Source: Styela clava
Taxonomy: Eukaryota
NCBI RefSeq assembly: GCF_964204865.1
Contig: NC_135251.1
Location: forward strand, 17,546,001-17,610,000
Direction of reading: 5' to 3'
Length of the DNA: 64,000 bases
The position numbers were made by a program, and so were the translations under genes. Positions 36,147 to 50,999 of the stretch are shown here, in pieces; position 1 is the stretch's first letter; the number at the start of each line of letters is the position of its first letter. The notes under the pieces are model-generated. The model was not told the origin of the DNA, made no database searches, and saw only the letters and a program-made list of their open reading frames with translations.

Positions 36147-38738
36147 TTAGAACATGTCGTGACATTCGCCTCGAATTACTTCCATTCTCATGCATGGGTG
36201 ATTATTCCATGATAATGGGTACAAACGAATAAGGCGACAAATCAGAGGTTTGGGAAACATGTTAATCACTTTAGAATCCTCATCCGTGTTTCCTACAAAG
36301 ACCTAAAGTAAAAAAACACATTATTTTGCAAAACACGACAAACGTTATTGTTATGATATCAATATCAAAAAGATTATAATGGGAATAGAAATTGATAAAT
36401 AGAAATGAATAATACAAATTTTGTTGTAATTTCCAGTTTCATCCTGCTTGTATACTTGGGACCCTGCGAATGAATTATTAGTATAGGATAGGATTTACAT
36501 ATTTATTTCTGGGGAGAGGAAAGCCGATACGGTGGCTTAATCATATGAAAAACCGCGGTCTCTCGTTCAGTTATCAGACCATGTCAGGTACGGGATTGTT
36601 AGCCAGAAATTTGTTTCAGATGCATGGAATTGATAGTGGTGAAAGCCGTAACCGACCAGGGGTTAAGTTAATCACTCTACGACAGAGAGGAGTCCCGCAA
36701 TCATCTTACACATAGCTATTCTCGCATGGGATTCGAAACTGCGAACCCACGCAAGGTAATCAGAGATGCGGTGGCGGGCGTATTTCTATATACCAATGTT
36801 TTTTGTTTAGTTGTTTAATTTCTATAGTGGGGTTACGGGCGATCACTGTGATAGCTTGTTATACCGTAGTGATTGCGTGTAGCCAGATTGGTTTTTACCA
36901 AATAGAAGCAGCAGATTTTTTTGAATACAATAGCCCTTCATCGTATTATTTTGTTTTTCATCCCTCGTGTACGATTATATAAAAGAAAATTGTGCGATAC
37001 ATACTTTGTCGACAGAATTATCCGTTATAGTTCTCAGAGTAGAAGTTGAATTCCCACACGCTACTTTGTATGTTTTTACCCACTGATTGTGGTCCCATCC
37101 ATATTTAATTGGGCGTCCCTGAGTTACTATTCCACCTATAAATCTCGGACGTTGAAAATCAACCTGAATCCACGGATGATTTGCTGAAAAATAATACTTT
37201 ATAAATTTATTAGGATTTTTTTGAAAACTGTATACATGTTTTTACGTGTTTAACGCGAAATAATTGCCACCGGATGTTGTTGGACTTGTCAAAATTATCG
37301 TTTATTTTTATTTTATTTTTTATTTACCTGATTCAGAGGTTATAATCAAAAAGAGATAGAGAACCGTTGATTAAGTATACAATTTTACATTCAAATAAGG
37401 GGACATCGTACTCTTACTAATAATTTAAGTTAGAAAGGGCATGCAATGGTACTCATTTAAAAAACCTGGAGGGCCTAATTGGAAAGTAAAAGAACTGCAA
37501 AGATACAATGGATTATCAAGTGGAATTCAACACGGAAATACTTACTATCGTGTGTGGGGCACCAAGCACCTATACTAAATCCAGTTGAAGCTGTATGGAA
37601 AACAGCATTTTCATCCATTCGTTCATGATGAGCGGCATGTCGGTAATCATAATCAGATGATGCAGTAATCGCATGATCTGGAATATCCCTGTTCTTCATT
37701 CCCAATCCACAGTATGATACTGCAATGAATATGAAAGGATTTTCCATTTTATAAATAAGTACTTCGATTATGTTCTACTGATCATCTGAGTATTTTCACG
37801 GAGTATTAGTTTCCATCGAATTGATCAATTGCAAACAACAATCGTCGCTTCGATCGAACTGTTGTATTCGATAACTGACTATAGTACTGCATATTTTGAA
37901 AATGGCGAATATGAAATATTATATATACGAATAATATAATTTATTTGCTTGACCCCTCTACAAATAAGCTCACGACCGACTATGGCTTATATAGAATAGA
38001 CCATAAGTCATTAACTATTTTCTCATTTCAGTTCCTTTCCTGGGTAAAATGAAATGTAAAAAATATATTGAATTGTAAATATCTTACGTTTTGGAATAAT
38101 GTCAACGGTTTTCTTCATTTTTTCTAAAGTATAAATGCAAGAAGAAGAGCTCAATTATCTTTATTTTCCTATACGTATGTTGTATAATTAATGTTTTAAT
38201 TTATTCAAATAAACTTCGTTGATAAACACTGTTTTATTATCTACTGGACCTGGTCTAGTAAAAATTCATTGCCAATTAAAAAACTCGTTCGTTTTTCCAA
38301 AATGGTATTTATTCTGTAAATATAAGTTCTGGACAAGTAATAAGCTTGGGTTTCACGCGATTCCATAGCGAGCCGTCCGAAATAATCTAAAATGTGATTC
38401 ATGACGTCAACGTGTCTCGTTTCCAGTTGGCTATATTTAGGACGTAGGAAATGAAATTTCTATGCAAAAAATTTACCTTCTAACAATCTTATTTTATCTT
38501 CCAGGCTTTCCGTTGTCCCCTCTTGGCCTCTGTCACCTTTTACACCAGGCAGACCCCTCCTACCCTCTGGCCCTCGCTTTCCAGGCCTTCCCTGGCACTG
38601 ATCAGCACAGCTATGACTCGATGCAGTTTTGTCAGTCATTAGAGCAGAACAAAACTCGTATACGTTCGGTATGTCACCTAAAACTGCAGGTATGATCACG
38701 ACACAGCACCATAATACGACAAAAGATTTATGCGGCAT
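36147..38738 (-). CDS. Collagen-neck-discoidin protein, copy A2
   Basis: Exons 38738-38477, 38123-38088, 37719-37546, 37183-37005, 36302-36147. Differs from A1 by Y>H and G>E in exon 3. Confidence 0.9.
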
Positions 38739-41423
38739 ATCTATTTTATTTAATATTAACCGCAATAAAAAAAAGTATATTGTAGAAAATTTGGGCAAAT
38801 ATTTTCATCTTTGAAAAGCTTCCATATGTCCTGATAAATGTAATTTAAAATTGAAATGAACATATCGTTATACGGTTATACCCTCTGTTCAATATGTCAA
38901 ACATTGTAGTTAACGGCTTTGTTGTATCTTAACTTCCAAACTATTATTTTGCATCATTCCGAATTTACAAATACTACTCCATGACTAGATGCCGCTAATG
39001 TTTTTTTGACTTTGCCATCTTATATATATATATAAATATTAGGTCATCAGGGAAATAACGTTATATTTCACATTTTTTTCAAATTGAAATGACAATGGTT
39101 TTAATGTGTGAATTGAATGAGCTTCAGTATTTTCTCGTGGGAAACTTACATAGCGCTGATTTTCCTAACCACATCGTATGATTAGATATTATGTTAAAGG
39201 CATTTACCGAGCCACTAATAATCCAATAGGTTGGTGGTGATTGATTTGATATTTTAAATCAGTGCTTACGCTAATAAATGTAATTTGTTGAAATCCAAGT
39301 AAGACTGGTTACAAACACTCATTTAGTTCAATACCCAAGCACCGCTTATTTTGTGTTTCAGGGAGGCGAATACTGTGCGTGCGGGAAAGACGATATGTCT
39401 GGGCGCATGCTTGACCAAGCTTATTTTTACGAAAAAGTTCACAAGTTTCGTCGCTAATAATTATAAGAAACAAACGGGCCGACACGGATGCCTTGACCAA
39501 TGAACGATCCGTCAACGCAAACTACGATGAACCCGGCATAGGTGATTATATTCGCGGCACTCCCAGAGAATCGTAGTCTTCTCTCATTGGGCAGTGATAG
39601 ACCTCCCTTGGGACACACAATAAGACAAAAGTGACCCAATGAGTGCGTTGACGCTTAAGTTGAGAAACATATAAAATTTTTGCAAATTCCAACTAAACGG
39701 TTAAGTACTTATAGGCCTTGAATCTAAAATTCAGTGTAAACTAAGTTCGGTTCAAAGTGGTAGGCCTATTGCAAGGATGGCATTCGATGGAGAAATTTCT
39801 AACAATCAGTCGATCGCAAGATATTAAGAAAATGTTAATCGATCTCGGCGATCCGCTGCGCATATCCATATATTGTAAACTGTAGTAGTTTTTAGGATAA
39901 AAGCTTTGGAATCGTGTGGTAATTGTCACAGCTCAAAAAAGCAACAGAAAGTCATAGCTATTTAAAGATGAGAATCACTCAAAAAAATTCAGAAACCCGA
40001 AAATCTGCATGCGTGCTTTTTCCGTTCGGCATTCTTTTTTTCGATAAATATTACTATCCAAATAAAAGGTTATGAATATTTCTTTGTTTAAACCAGAAAA
40101 CTGTAAAGAACAGTATAATATTCCTGAGTTCACCTTGACACCCATGAATTTGTTGCGACGCTGCAGGTGGCTACGAGACGCACAACAAAGTAGGGACCGC
40201 AGTGATCTTTACCGGGTGAGGCACAGCAGGATTTTGAGCCTGGTGCGAAGTTCGCAAGGACATTCTCATTGTAATATAAATTCATTTTTTTTGAAGCATT
40301 GATCAACTGCAGAGGCATTGATATAATGAACCCAATGAAAATTTTACTTTACAGTCCAGATTTATAAAAGAATCATTGTCACAATTCATTCTTGGGCTCT
40401 CTTGATAACGTTTACCCATCGATAAGTATACGAGCATTTAAACTGTTGTCCGAATTTTCAACCAGTTACTTCTAGCTTCAATTAAAACGAAACAAATAAA
40501 TCGACTGTGAGCCGCTGCGGAGCTTTGTGTTGCAAAACCTTTTTTAGATGCCTCGTTTGCAGTCCTGTATTGAAAACGACACAGTAGCAAAATTCTCCCT
40601 GGAGTTATATGATTTGACATCTGCATGTTTTTATGTGAGATGTGTACCTTTTTTACGCATAATGCGTGCCCAGCACTGCATCTTATTACGGAAATATAAG
40701 TTATTAATTTATATTCCACCCATTTCAATTTTTGTCGGCACATTATTTGATAGTTTTTCCTCATGCGAAATGTTTTTAGGGGGTGCCTTTTTTTTCTAAA
40801 GGCATAGTGATTGCTCGACATTACGCAAATATATGTTATTATTTTCTTTTCCACTAATTTCAGTTTTTGCCGGTCCGCAAAGACATTTTATTTTACCGGT
40901 CCGCCAGGGTAGAAAGGTTGGGAACCACTGTTCTAGAGACATATCGGTGGATTGACCGCTCAACCAATCTCAATGTTGGAATCAGAAGTTATTATCAAAG
41001 ATTATTATGCTTTTCATTTATTTTTTCCCTTTTATGTATTTTGTTGGCGGCTTTTTGATTATCTCTACTTTGGATCTCTATCAATTTCATACACGATCTA
41101 ACACAAGTTGAACGAGTTTTATTGAAAATCATTAATGCGTAATGCCTACTTATGAAATTTATAAGTGTTATGAAGAACAACAACAAGAAGCAACATCTGA
41201 AGCAGTCTACAAAATTTGAAAACTTTGAAAAAAAGAAACAACATATTTTATGATTGCTGATAAAACTGAAAATTTGAAACGCGGTTCAATAGTGAAAAGA
41301 AAAACAACTAGTCGATTTAGTGTTTGATAATGAGCCAAAAGTTAGCTCAATATTTCAGTAAAATTCTGAAAAGGCGTTCCTAGGTCGGTTGTAAGCCTAT
41401 TCAAAGTCGAATAGCATGGATTC

Positions 41424-42312
41424 TTAGAACAAGTCGTGACATTCGCCTCGAATTACTTCCATTCTCATGCATTGGTGATATTTCCATGATAATGGGTACA
41501 AACAAACAAAGCGACAAATCAGAGGTTTGGGAAACATGTTAATCACTTTAGAATTCTCATCCGTGTTTCCTGAAAAGACCTATAGTAAAACATAAATAAA
41601 AATATTATTTTACAAAATACGACAAACATTATTGTTATACTTTCGATATAAAAAAGCACAAAAGAAATAGATGAATAGGAAAATAACTGAAAAGTTTATT
41701 GTAATTTCCAGATTAATCTTGCTTATATACTTGGAACCTTACGAAGGAAATATTAAGATAGGATTTGCATATTTAACCCGGGGAGAGGTAAACTGATAAG
41801 ACGGCTTAATCATATGTCGAACCCCGGCCTCGAGTACGGCTACCAGTCCGCGTCGGGAATGAAATTAGTTGGCCAGTTATTTGTTTCCGGTTTATAGACT
41901 TGTTAGTGGAGAAAGCCGTAACCGACCGGCGCTTACGTGAACCACCCTATACGGCAGCGAAAAGTTTAGCAATTTTCTCGCACATTTGATACGAATATGC
42001 GAACCCACGAATTAGTAACTAATATAGGTAATAATGAATAGCTAATATATTTATATATATAATAGTTCTTCATCGTATTACTTTTTTTATCCCTAGTGTG
42101 CGTTTATATACAAGAATATTGTACGATACATACTTTGTCAATAGCATTATCCGTTATAGTTCTCAGAGTAGAAGTTGAATTCCCACACGCTATTTTGCAT
42201 GTTTTTACCCACTGATTGAAGTCCCATACGTATTTAATTGGGCGTCCCTGTGTTACTATTCCACCTATAAATCTCGGGCGTTGAAAATCAACCTGAATCC
42301 ACTGATCATTTG
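41424..42312 (-). pseudogene. Orphan discoidin exons 4-5 (cassette T2)
   Basis: Copy of T1 at +12,261. Confidence 0.8.
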
Positions 42313-43428
42313 CTGATAAATATTAATTCGCAAATTCAGTATGATTTTCCTTTTTTTGAAACTGTATCAAATTTTTACGTGTTTAACGCAAAATAGTTTC
42401 CTCCGGATATTATTGAAGTTGTTATAGTAATCGCTGGCTTTTATAAAATATTTACCTGATTTGATGGTTATACTCAGAAAAAGATAGATAATCTGTTGGT
42501 TCATTACAATTTTTACATGCAAATAATGATACGTCGTACTCCTATTAAAAAATATAGTGCATGGAAGGGGCATGGCAAAGGTACTCGCTATATATATATG
42601 GAGGGCCTCGTTTAAAAAATAAAACAAAAATGTTGAGATACATCGATTGGAAGTGATCGTTTTGCAAATTGTTGGACTGAGAGTCATTACTTGAGGAATT
42701 ATAGGGACCCCAGGAGGCATTTGTGTTAAAAATGGCTGCCCTGGAGTAATGACACAATTCTCTACATTGCAGCTTTCGTATTTTGCGCACTATCGTTGCA
42801 TATTACCATTTTATTTAATTCCTAAACTGCCTGGGTGTTTTTGTCAAATTTGTGACACCGAAAAAACGAATAACATACACTGATATCTCTGGATTGACCG
42901 TTCGATCAACGTTGGAATCAGAATTTATTATCAAAGATATTTATGTTTTCAAATTTGTATCCTTGTTGGCGACTTTTTGACTATATCCACCGGGACCTCT
43001 ACCAATTTTATACACGACCTAACACAAGTTAAACGAGTTTTATTAAAAAAACTAATGCGTTACGCTTATATTTACGAAATTCAAGTTTTAACACATGATG
43101 AAAATAGTACAATACTTAAATGCTCATGCACACGAATACGGAAGTTAATTGGCACCATTTTTTTCGTACGTTAGCAACATCTGAAGCAGTCTACAAAATT
43201 TGAAAACTTATCAAAATAAACAACATATTTTATCTACTGTACTGATAACAATTGCTGCAAAACTAAACATTTGAAACGCGATTCAGTAGTGAAAATGAGA
43301 AAACTAATCGATTTAGTGTTTGATATTGAGCCAAAAGTTGGCTTAATCTTTCAGTAAAATTGTGTAAATCCTGTGAAGGCTTTTCTAGATCGTCTGTAAG
43401 CCTATTCGAAGTCGAATAGCATAGATTC

Positions 43429-45592
43429 TTAGAACATGTCGTGACATTCGCCTCGAATTACTTCCATTCTCATGCATATGCCAATATTCCAGGACATTGG
43501 ATATAAACGAACAAAACGACAAGACAGAGGTTTGGGGAACATGTTAATCACTTTAGAATCCTCATCCGTGTTTCCTACAAAAACCTAAAGGAAAAACAAC
43601 ATCATTTTACAAAAGAGACGAGAAATTCAGTAATCCCCTCGCACATAATTATCTCACGTGGGATTCGTACCCACGCAGATAATCAGAGGTGCGGTGGCGA
43701 ACGTACTCGTAAAGCATAGCACGTTGCGCCACAAATCTAAATCGTAAGAAAATTTCAAAAGCAACTAATTTCAATACGAATGTTTGCTGTTCAGTTATTT
43801 AATTTCCATAGCGGTGTTACGGGCACCATTGAAATGGCATGGTCTGTCGCTGTCAATGTGTGTAGCTAGATTGGTTTTTACCAGTGAAGTAGTATATTTA
43901 TTCAAATATAATACCCCTTTTTCGTATTGCTGTTTGTTTTTCATCCTTTGTCTACAATCATATAAAAGAAAATTATACGATACATACTTTGTCGATCTCA
44001 TTATCCGTTATAGTTCTCAGAGTAGAAGTTGAATTCCCACACGCTACTTTGTATGTTTTTACCCGCTGATTGTAGTTCCATCTGTATTTAATTCGGCGTC
44101 CCTGAGTTACTATTCCACCTATAAATCTCGGACGTTGAAAATCAATCTGAATCCACTCACCATTTGCTGATAAATATTAATTCGCAAATTTAGTATGAGT
44201 TTTATATTTTTTAGAAACTGTTAAAATATTTTTACGTTTAATCGTTTACTTTTCAAAATGTCTACCTGATTGGAAGATTAGAAAAAGGTGAAGAATCGAC
44301 TGTTAATTCATTACAATTTTACATGGGAATAATAGTACATCGTGCTCCTTAGAAGTGGCATGCTATGGGGCTCGTTTAAAAAATATAGAGGGCTTCGTTT
44401 GAAATATAAAACGAAATGTTAGGATCCACTTGATGTTAAGATATATCAAGTGAAAGTGAACACAAAAATACCTACTGTTTTGTCCGGAGCACCAGGCACC
44501 TACACTAAATCCAGATGAAGCTGTATGGAAAACAGCATTTTCATTCATTCGTCCATGATGAGCGGCATGTCGGTAATCAGAAACAGATGATGCAGTAATC
44601 ACATGATCTGGAATATCCCTGCTCTTCATTCCCATTCCACAGTAGGATACTGCAATGGATATAAAAGAAATTTTCTATTTATAAATAAGTGCTTCGATTA
44701 TATTCTACTGATCATCTGATTATTTTTATGGTATGGATATAGAACAAATTTTATTTACCTGATTATTTAATTTCGTAGGCCAATAGTCATTATTTTTCTA
44801 TTTCAGTACCTATCCAGAGTAAAATGAAATGTAAAAAAATACATTGAATTTTAAATTACTTACGTTTTGGAATAATGTCAACGGTTTTCTTCATTTTTTC
44901 TGAAGTAAAAATCAAGAAGATGCGCTCAGATTATCCTTAATTTCCTTTTTGTATTTTGTAGAATTAAACAGTTTTAATTTATTCAAATAAATTCTAATAA
45001 AATTCCTTGTGTCTCACTGTTTTATTATCCACTGGACACGGCCCAGAAAAAATTAATTGCCGTTTCAGGAACTTGTTTTACGAATTGTCGGACCGAAAGT
45101 CACTGCTCGATGAATTATATCAAAACAATTCATTTTTCATAAAATGTATTCATTCTGTGCAATATAAGTTCTGAAAATGTAATATGCTTGGGTTTCACGC
45201 AATTCCATATCAAACCCGTCCAAAATAATTCAAAATGTAATGTCCAAAATGTAAATGTAATGTCTCAGTTCCAGTTGGCTATATTTAGGGCGTAAAAAAT
45301 GAATGTTAAATGCATAACAAAAAAGCTTACCTTCTAACAATCTTATTTTCTCCTCCAAGCGTTCCGTTGTCCCCTCTTCGCCTCTGTCACCTTTTACACC
45401 AGGCAGACCCCTCCTACCCTCTGGCCCCCGCTTTCCGGGCCTTCCCTGGCACTGAGCAGCACAGTTATGACTCGATGCAGTTTTGTCAGTCATTAGAGCA
45501 GAACAAAACTCGTATACGTTCGGTATGTCACTTAAAACTGCAGGTATGATTACGACACAGCACCATAATACGACGAAAGATTTATGCGGCAT
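43429..45592 (-). CDS. Collagen-neck-discoidin protein, copy B2
   Basis: Copy of B1 at +12,261; exon 4 reads QGRRIK rather than QGRPIK. Confidence 0.88.
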
Positions 45593-46292
45593 ATCTATTT
45601 TATTCAATATTAATTGCAATTAAAAAAAGTATATTGTAGAAAATTTGGGCAAATATTTTCATCTTTGAAAGGCTTCCATATGTCCTGATAAATGTAATTT
45701 AAAATTGAAATGAACATATCGTTATACCCTCTGTTTAATATCAAACATTGTAGTTAACGGCTTTGTTGTATCTTAACTTCCAAACTATTGTTTAGCATCA
45801 TCCCGAATTTACAAATACCACTCCATGACTAGACGCCGCTAATGTTGTTTTGACCTTGCCATCTTATATATATAGAGAGAGAGAGAAATATTAGGTCATC
45901 AGGGTACTAACGTTATATTTCACATTTTAGTTTTTCGAAACTGAAATGGAAGTTCAAAAAATGCCGAGACAATGGTTTTAATGTGTAAATTGAACGAGCT
46001 TCAGTATTTTCTCGTGGGAAACTTACATTGCGCTGTTTTTCCCAACCACATCGCCTGATCGTAAAGAGATTATATTTTGAAAACATTTACCAAACCACTA
46101 AGCCAATAAAGCTTGGTGGTGACTAATTGATATTTTAAATCAGTGCTAACGCTAATAAATGTAATTTGTTGAGATCCAAGTGAGACTGGTTACAAATACT
46201 CATTTATTTCAGTATCCAAGCACCGCTTATTTTGAGTCCCTATGCTTACTCTAATCTGGAAAGAAGTATTCATCAATATCACCTATATGTAT

Positions 46293-47099
46293 CAGAGTTG
46301 GATCAATTGTAATTTGTAATTGTAATTGATGTAATTAATTACAGTTTTTCATGTAATTGTAATGTAATCGAGGCATTTTCATTCTGTGTAATTGTAAATG
46401 TAATTGTAATTTGCTAAAATTTCGGCTCAATTACACTTTCAAGTACACCAGGGGTCACCAAACTAGGGCGTCCTTTCATCTGGCAAATAACACGAAAAAG
46501 GGCGAAATATTTTTCCAAGGGGCGTTTCCGAGAATCGCCTTCCTTTTTTTTATTTCGTAACATTAGCCAATCAGCAAGATGCGAAAAAGAGACGTAACAA
46601 TATGCCTTTTCGCATCCGTTAAGACACTCGGACAGATTTTCAGTCGTGGTTGTAAACATTACCTCATTTTGCGATTTCGAATGCTATTCGTTAGATTTTA
46701 GTTGTGTTTCGGAAATTTAAGTTTGAATCAAATAAGTGAATCCTCATATTGCCTTCTTAGGAGTTATAGTTTAATTATAAGTAGTTATCAAAATTAGTCT
46801 AGAAATAGCTGTGATAAAATAGGCTAAATCCATGGGAACACTGGCTGTCTGGTTTGATTCTGTAAATTCTTGCTACGCGAAACTCGGAAATTTTTTGAGG
46901 GTAGCGGTAGCATCAAGGGTAAACTGCTTCGCTCTGTGTAACGTGTCCATATATTTGAGCATTGCTCTGTTGTAATTGTAAATGTAATGTAATTGTATTT
47001 TGATACTTTTTGCACGGAGTAATTGTAATGTAATTGAAATATTTAAGGAAGTAATTGCAATTGTAATTGAACTGAATTAATGTAATTGATCCAACTCTG
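46293..47099. mobile_element. hAT-type MITE, duplicate of 34032-34838
   Basis: Same TIR and TSD; duplicated as part of the 12,261-bp unit. Confidence 0.9.
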
Positions 47100-48407
47100 A
47101 TATGTATCATTTTTTCTTTTGCCTGGAAGGTTTGATAGTTAGACAGTTTGAATGCAAATTATATTCAAATTTGTCATTTTTTAAAGAATAAATAATTTAG
47201 AATTAAAATGAACATATCGGTATACCCACTGTTCAATGTGTCAAACATTGAAGTTAACGACTTTGTTCGTCTGTATCTTAATTTCCCAACTAACATTTTG
47301 CATCATCCCGATTTTACAAATACTACTCCTATAACTAGACGCCGCTAATGTTTTTTTGACTTTGCCATCTTATATGTATATATATAAATATTCGGTCATC
47401 AGGGAACTAACGTTATATTTCACATTTTTTTTTAAATTGAAATGGAAGTTCAAAAAATGCCGAGACAATGGTTTTAATGTGTGAATTGAACGAGCTTCAG
47501 TATTTTCTCGTGGGAAACTTACATTGCGCTGATTTTCCTAACCACATCGTACGATTAGATAATATGTTAAAGGCCATTACCGAGCCACTAATAATCCAAT
47601 AGGTTGGTGGTGATTGATTTGATATTTTAAATCAGTGCTAACGCTAATAAATGTAATTTGTTGAGATTCAAGTGAGCCTGGTTACAAATACTCATTTAGT
47701 TAAATATCCAAGAAGCTCTTATTTTGTGCTCCAAGGAGGCGAATACTATGCGTGCGGGAAAGACGATATGTCTGGGCGCATGCTTGACCAAGCTTATTTT
47801 TACATAACAGTTTACAAGTTCCGTCACTAATAATTATAATAAACATGTAACTACGATGAAACCCATAGGTAATTATATTCACGGCACTCCTAGAGAATCG
47901 TAGTCCACTTCATTGGAAAGATAGCCTTCCTTTGGCTATGTCACAATAAGACAAACGTAACCCAATGAGTGACGTCTAAAGTTGAGAAGCATATAAAACT
48001 TTTCAAATTCCAAATAAACGGTGTAGTTAGTGAAGTTATCAAGGTTAGTGTAGTAAACTAAGTTCGAGTCAAAGTGGGAAAGACAGAAATGCTCATGCAC
48101 ACGAATACGAAAGTCAATTGTCACCATTTTCCTCGTACTTTTAGCAACATCTGAAGTAGTATAATTATACAGATTGAAAAAATTTACAAAATTAAACATT
48201 ATATTCTATCTACTGTAATGATTCTGATTGCTGCTGAAACTGAAAATTTAAAACGCGGATCAACAGTGAAAAAGAGAAGCAACTGGTCGATTTAATGTTT
48301 GATAATGAGTCAAAAGTTGGCTTTATCTTTCAGTAAAATTTTGTAAATCCTGTAAAGGCTTTTCTCGGTCGTTTGTAAGCCTATTCAATGTCGAATAGCA
48401 TGGATTC

Positions 48408-50999
48408 TTAGAACATGTCGTGACATTCGCCTCGAATTACTTCCATTCTCATGCATGGGTGATTATTCCATGATAATGGGTACAAACGAATAAGGCGACA
48501 AATCAGAGGTTTGGGAAACATGTTAATCACTTTAGAATCCTCATCCGTGTTTCCTACAAAGACCTAAAGTAAAAAAACACATTATTTTGCAAAACACGAC
48601 AAACGTTATTGTTATGATATCAATATCAAAAAGATTATAATGGGAATAGAAATTGATAAATAGAAATGAATAATACAAATTTTGTTGTAATTTCCAGTTT
48701 CATCCTGCTTGTATACTTGGGACCCTGCGAATGAATTATTAGTATAGGATAGGATTTACATATTTATTTCTGGGGAGAGGAAAGCCGATACGGTGGCTTA
48801 ATCATATGAAAAACCGCGGTCTCTCGTTCAGTTATCAGACCATGTCAGGTACGGGATTGTTAGCCAGAAATTTGTTTCAGATGCATGGAATTGATAGTGG
48901 TGAAAGCCGTAACCGACCAGGGGTTAAGTTAATCACTCTACGACAGAGAGGAGTCCCGCAATCATCTTACACATAGCTATTCTCGCATGGGATTCGAAAC
49001 TGCGAACCCACGCAAGGTAATCAGAGATGCGGTGGCGGGCGTATTTCTATATACCAATGTTTTTTGTTTAGTTGTTTAATTTCTATAGTGGGGTTACGGG
49101 CGATCACTGTGATAGCTTGTTATACCGTAGTGATTGCGTGTAGCCAGATTGGTTTTTACCAAATAGAAGCAGCAGATTTTTTTGAATACAATAGCCCTTC
49201 ATCGTATTATTTTGTTTTTCATCCCTCGTGTACGATTATATAAAAGAAAATTGTGCGATACATACTTTGTCGACAGAATTATCCGTTATAGTTCTCAGAG
49301 TAGAAGTTGAATTCCCACACGCTACTTTGTATGTTTTTACCCACTGATTGTGGTCCCATCCATATTTAATTGGGCGTCCCTGAGTTACTATTCCACCTAT
49401 AAATCTCGGACGTTGAAAATCAACCTGAATCCACGGATGATTTGCTGAAAAATAATACTTTATAAATTTATTAGGATTTTTTTGAAAACTGTATACATGT
49501 TTTTACGTGTTTAACGCGAAATAATTGCCACCGGATGTTGTTGGACTTGTCAAAATTATCGTTTATTTTTATTTTATTTTTTATTTACCTGATTCAGAGG
49601 TTATAATCAAAAAGAGATAGAGAACCGTTGATTAAGTATACAATTTTACATTCAAATAAGGGGACATCGTACTCTTACTAATAATTTAAGTTAGAAAGGG
49701 CATGCAATGGTACTCATTTAAAAAACCTGGAGGGCCTAATTGGAAAGTAAAAGAACTGCAAAGATACAATGGATTATCAAGTGGAATTCAACACGGAAAT
49801 ACTTACTATCGTGTGTGGGGCACCAAGCACCTATACTAAATCCAGTTGAAGCTGTATGGAAAACAGCATTTTCATCCATTCGTCCATGATGAGCGGCATG
49901 TCGGTAATCATAATCAGATGATGCAGTAATCGCATGATCTGGAATATCCCTGTTCTTCATTCCCAATCCACAGTATGATACTGCAATGAATATGAAAGGA
50001 TTTTCCATTTTATAAATAAGTACTTCGATTATGTTCTACTGATCATCTGAGTATTTTCACGGAGTATTAGTTTCCATCGAATTGATCAATTGCAAACAAC
50101 AATCGTCGCTTCGATCGAACTGTTGTATTCGATAACTGACTATAGTACTGCATATTTTGAAAATGGCGAATATGAAATATTATATATACGAATAATATAA
50201 TTTATTTGCTTGACCCCTCTACAAATAAGCTCACGACCGACTATGGCTTATATAGAATAGACCATAAGTCATTAACTATTTTCTCATTTCAGTTCCTTTC
50301 CTGGGTAAAATGAAATGTAAAAAATATATTGAATTGTAAATATCTTACGTTTTGGAATAATGTCAACGGTTTTCTTCATTTTTTCTAAAGTATAAATGCA
50401 AGAAGAAGAGCTCAATTATCTTTATTTTCCTATACGTATGTTGTATAATTAATGTTTTAATTTATTCAAATAAACTTCGTTGATAAACACTGTTTTATTA
50501 TCTACTGGACCTGGTCTAGTAAAAATTCATTGCCAATTAAAAAACTCGTTCGTTTTTCCAAAATGGTATTTATTCTGTAAATATAAGTTCTGGACAAGTA
50601 ATAAGCTTGGGTTTCACGCGATTCCATAGCGAGCCGTCCGAAATAATCTAAAATGTGATTCATGACGTCAACGTGTCTCGTTTCCAGTTGGCTATATTTA
50701 GGACGTAGGAAATGAAATTTCTATGCAAAAAATTTACCTTCTAACAATCTTATTTTATCTTCCAGGCTTTCCGTTGTCCCCTCTTGGCCTCTGTCACCTT
50801 TTACACCAGGCAGACCCCTCCTACCCTCTGGCCCTCGCTTTCCAGGCCTTCCCTGGCACTGATCAGCACAGCTATGACTCGATGCAGTTTTGTCAGTCAT
50901 TAGAGCAGAACAAAACTCGTATACGTTCGGTATGTCACCTAAAACTGCAGGTATGATCACGACACAGCACCATAATACGACAAAAGATTTATGCGGCAT
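48408..50999 (-). CDS. Collagen-neck-discoidin protein, copy A3
   Basis: Copy of A2 at +12,261, with HHGR retained. Confidence 0.9.
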